64,000 bases of DNA. Origin: a virus (Duplodnaviria > Caudoviricetes). The translations under genes and the position numbers were made by a program. Below the pieces are notes generated by a model, which was given only the letters and a program-made list of their open reading frames with translations, did not search any database and was not told the origin of the DNA. The DNA lies in IMG/VR virus record IMGVR_UViG_3300036971_000130. One strand, written 5' to 3'. Positions 62,101 to 64,000 of this stretch are shown here, one piece after another (within the stretch, counting starts at the first letter, position 1; every line of letters begins with the position of its first letter).

Positions 62101-62844
62101 GGCAAGGCAGACTCCGAGATGTCCACCGGTGAGCGTTCGACGCTGACCATGATCCGGAACATGGTGTACGGCTCTGCCGTTGCGCTCTCAGGTCGAGCCA
62201 ACACGGGCGTGGTCATGCTCGACGAGGCGTGGGTCTTCCTCGGCGCTGGTGCGTCCGAGGTCGAGAAGCTCGGTCGTCTCGCTCGTTCCCAGAACGTCCT
62301 CCCGATGCTGTTCACCCAGAAGATCACCGACGCCGTGAAGGCTGGTGTCGGTGCCTACATCTCCCGTGGCATCATCCTTCCGGTCAAGGACCGTGATGAA
62401 GCCGTCGCCTGCTGTGAACTGTTCGGTCTCGAACCCAGCATGGAACGGCTCAACCGGATCACCGCCAAGGCGTTCACCGGCGCATCGGACGAAGAAGGCA
62501 ACGGCGCTCCGAATTGGAGGTCGATGCGCCACCTTCAGGACCCGGTCACCGGCAAGCACCTTCGTGGCACCATCGGGATCTACTGCGACCTGTTCGATCG
62601 CTCGGTCCCCGTCGAGATCATGCTCTCCGACCACTTCCTGAACCTCGCATCGACCAACCCGGAAGACCAGGAGCGTCGGAAGCAGGAGCGCCTCGCCATC
62701 GAGGCCGGGGGGCGGGAGGCCGCTCTCGCCATCGCTCCGGAGTCCGAAGTTCATGTTCCGGTGGTTCAGGAGATCGAGTCTGAGCCCGCTGACCTGGACG
62801 TTCCCCAGGCGTTGGATGATCCGTTCGATGGTCTGCTAGGGTGA
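59188..62844 (+). CDS. VirB4-like conjugative ATPase with intein
   Basis: GTTGSGK|intein|TM Walker A, IVDPK, VMLDEAW Walker B, RLARSQ..TQ. Confidence 0.85.
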   Translation: MAKPKAMRSPDVAPSYPTAVRMRFTGGRVQNTQGAMWAYFTMPLTPVWDASSDAERINGATPMMEALKSLSEMTNTSVKRRAAAKSNYREFHALLVDVPVFYQPDPDNAIAPHLKREYGRMEVQKRVCVFGVRLIDSMTSGDGGIKDQLSSAFSTVSSVIIDGTLPLSAFDADYKKVSGAMARAGLSQATNQELDFVDSWWDRYHRSDAPTLEHPDHIHVFANSEEARRAASDFDSDCTHPEWDTLDESQITFLSVADIGLADSVDSISTTAMWVCGLMQGGNASAVSFRGKIEPSVVTRQELRRKARAVRSDINDAAAANKAQRAEQDEILGSLESYEAHFSDRNSEPVIMDMSIVVAASGKVNDPSGYSQSVGVECLTMSYKQMPALTESWIASPLRANPKLHDMPIQTLSYSGIANISRVGDRTGALLGMTENDRQPAYVMPSAASKLDSEPLFVVPGTTGSGKLLTLDTPVITPNGKVPIGELKLGDEVFTRRGTVTTVSYLSPIDETPDLHRIELSDNQKIKADKNHQWVVVDLESKTGGAAILRSTHEARTAALTKLAESAPTNAFGFDISMDWFRENYPKFDELPWSTADEFEHILDFMEVDEISPKSLVTAVAARLVDRFSGTVSLGYNEQRMTTKEMVLAGLIGRDGKSRFAIAPASALRVDEVGFSTSMLEAGLLTRQGNTELVKEIAAKLGSPDQRKDFLNGCFGFVDRTPLSFPAETANLLIDIIRSVGWIAKTRQDDRGIEIEIDSEVFLNIRSATPIESEPGMCISVADADSTYLCAGYVPTSNTMVLLSLAVQFSMAGHATIIVDPKQDSDHSAIVLSTPNAKVISLDSIMRDPESDGIFDPIRFSKEPEFGLELAHSMLMYINPWGRNRENVDAEIADALSYGVYERGAVCTGQALQLAVEDGKLSKATWEPVTQLFRQPTFAACCGRNPNIKGLSVAEGITLIKVGNRSLALPLGKADSEMSTGERSTLTMIRNMVYGSAVALSGRANTGVVMLDEAWVFLGAGASEVEKLGRLARSQNVLPMLFTQKITDAVKAGVGAYISRGIILPVKDRDEAVACCELFGLEPSMERLNRITAKAFTGASDEEGNGAPNWRSMRHLQDPVTGKHLRGTIGIYCDLFDRSVPVEIMLSDHFLNLASTNPEDQERRKQERLAIEAGGREAALAIAPESEVHVPVVQEIESEPADLDVPQALDDPFDGLLG
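60589..61581 (+). mobile_element. Class-3-type intein (331 aa) with Leu1
   Basis: LLTLDTPVITPNG..IGELKLGDEV; ADKNHQW; MCISV..YL..VPTSN|T. Confidence 0.88.
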
Positions 62845-64000
62845 CGCATCCAAGAATGCTGGCAGTAACCGAACCAACGCAGAAGACCAGGGGACTGGCG
62901 TCTGCCAAAACCCCCTCCCTGAAGCACCGGATGACGAAGATCACCAAGAACGGGTCACAGGCCCATCGTGATGAAGTCGACCGGCAGGCACAGCAGATCG
63001 CCTCGGAGTTCTTCCGGGGTGAGATCACCGAAGCGCAAGCCCGTGATCTGATCTGCACGCTGGCGTTCTCGATCGACCTGGACTACCTGTTCATCCCGCT
63101 TCGCCGGTTCCTCGACAACCGGTTCCGGGATCGGGTGATGAACGAGGCCAACGATGCGTTGATGGACTCGATCATCGTGAACCCGGAGAACCAGGCGAAG
63201 AACAAGCTGGATCTCGAACGCATCCTCCATGGTGATTCGCTCTCGGGCTGGTCTCGGATGGTGGTTGCGTCGCTGGTTCGGTACCGGGCCAGTGACGCCG
63301 AGTACCGTCGTCTCTCGAAGCGCAACGACCTGCTCTTGCGTTCGCCCTCGGATGGGTCGCCGTCGGTCACCGATCGGATGATCGTGACCGAGGACGCTGA
63401 CGAACGAGCCACGATCGCCGTCGAGTTCCTGAGCACCATCCACGGAGGCAACGAACTCGAACGAGGTGGGGTCATCGCTCGCTCGGTCTCCTGGTACCTG
63501 GACATCCCGTACCCGTGGCCGCAGACCTCTGACATCCGTCACTGGGTGGCCTCTGAGGTCCACGGCCCGAGGGATTCGTCGAAGGCTGTGGCGGACGGCC
63601 TGAACAACCCATCGCACCCGCTCTACGACCTGTTCGCTGCTTGGACCGAGTCCGGCAAGGAAGCGATCGTCGAAGCTGATCAGAGGATCACCTTCGCCTG
63701 GGTCAAGTCCCTCGGGGTGGCAACCCCGTCCCCCGGCCGCACCGTCCGTGACCACCTGGTCCAGACGATGCGATCGAACTCCCCCGACATCCCACACCGG
63801 GCTGTCACCCGTTTCTGCGACGCTCTCCGGACCGCCATGTCCGGCGTGCAGCGCACATCCCGACGGAACGTCAACGACATGCTCGTGAAGTCTGACGAGC
63901 AGATCATGGTCGACCGTGAAGCTCTCCGTGAGGCAGGGCATCACCTGGCGACCTACGTGAACCCTGATGCAGCAAAGGATGGCCTGGTCTCTCAGACCGT
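62841..64000 (+). CDS. 3'-truncated hypothetical protein, weak sigma region-2-like segment
   Basis: Frame open from GTG 62841 (GTGA overlap) to the window end; EANDALMDSII..LDLERILHGDSLSGW. Confidence 0.6.
   Translation, partial: MTHPRMLAVTEPTQKTRGLASAKTPSLKHRMTKITKNGSQAHRDEVDRQAQQIASEFFRGEITEAQARDLICTLAFSIDLDYLFIPLRRFLDNRFRDRVMNEANDALMDSIIVNPENQAKNKLDLERILHGDSLSGWSRMVVASLVRYRASDAEYRRLSKRNDLLLRSPSDGSPSVTDRMIVTEDADERATIAVEFLSTIHGGNELERGGVIARSVSWYLDIPYPWPQTSDIRHWVASEVHGPRDSSKAVADGLNNPSHPLYDLFAAWTESGKEAIVEADQRITFAWVKSLGVATPSPGRTVRDHLVQTMRSNSPDIPHRAVTRFCDALRTAMSGVQRTSRRNVNDMLVKSDEQIMVDREALREAGHHLATYVNPDAAKDGLVSQT

Noticed and set aside
1-64000. Prophage interpretation
   Set aside because: No terminase, portal, capsid, tail or integrase gene recognised, whereas T4SS-like genes are present

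Overview
High-GC, Actinomycetota-like DNA that reads as part of a large conjugative megaplasmid or chromid-like element. It carries no rRNA, tRNA, CRISPR array, transposase or phage structural genes. Replication: an intein-containing DnaE (intact PHP) sits beside an oriC-like site (AT-rich tract plus 3 tandem DnaA boxes); there are also a Toprim-primase/helicase, SSB, a RecB-like PD-(D/E)xK nuclease, an Hjc-like resolvase, an HNH nuclease and an SF1 helicase. Transfer and surface: pilin-like, PrgI/VirB3-like, VirB6-like, VirB8-like, a multi-domain cell-wall hydrolase, a VirB4-like ATPase with a Leu1 class-3-type intein in Walker A, a MinD/CpaE ATPase and a ~3470-aa adhesin with 21 SdrD-B repeats. 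Transcription: a sigma-like protein, an mIHF-like protein and two weaker sigma-like candidates. The most striking structure is regulatory. (i) Six unrelated hypothetical proteins share an N-terminal R..G-x-[FW]..(G)..DL tag, and five of them lie in units starting with an identical leaderless CCAATAGTT-N5-ATG motif. (ii) A second motif, ACCCATGAT, recurs six times at gene starts. (iii) Five TGTCA[GC]CCCC-N6-(-10) promoters resemble PafBC/RecA-NDp promoters. (iv) A fourth motif marks the transfer operons. Several single-base frameshifts suggest indel errors or slippage. All product calls are from motif recognition only; no searches were run.
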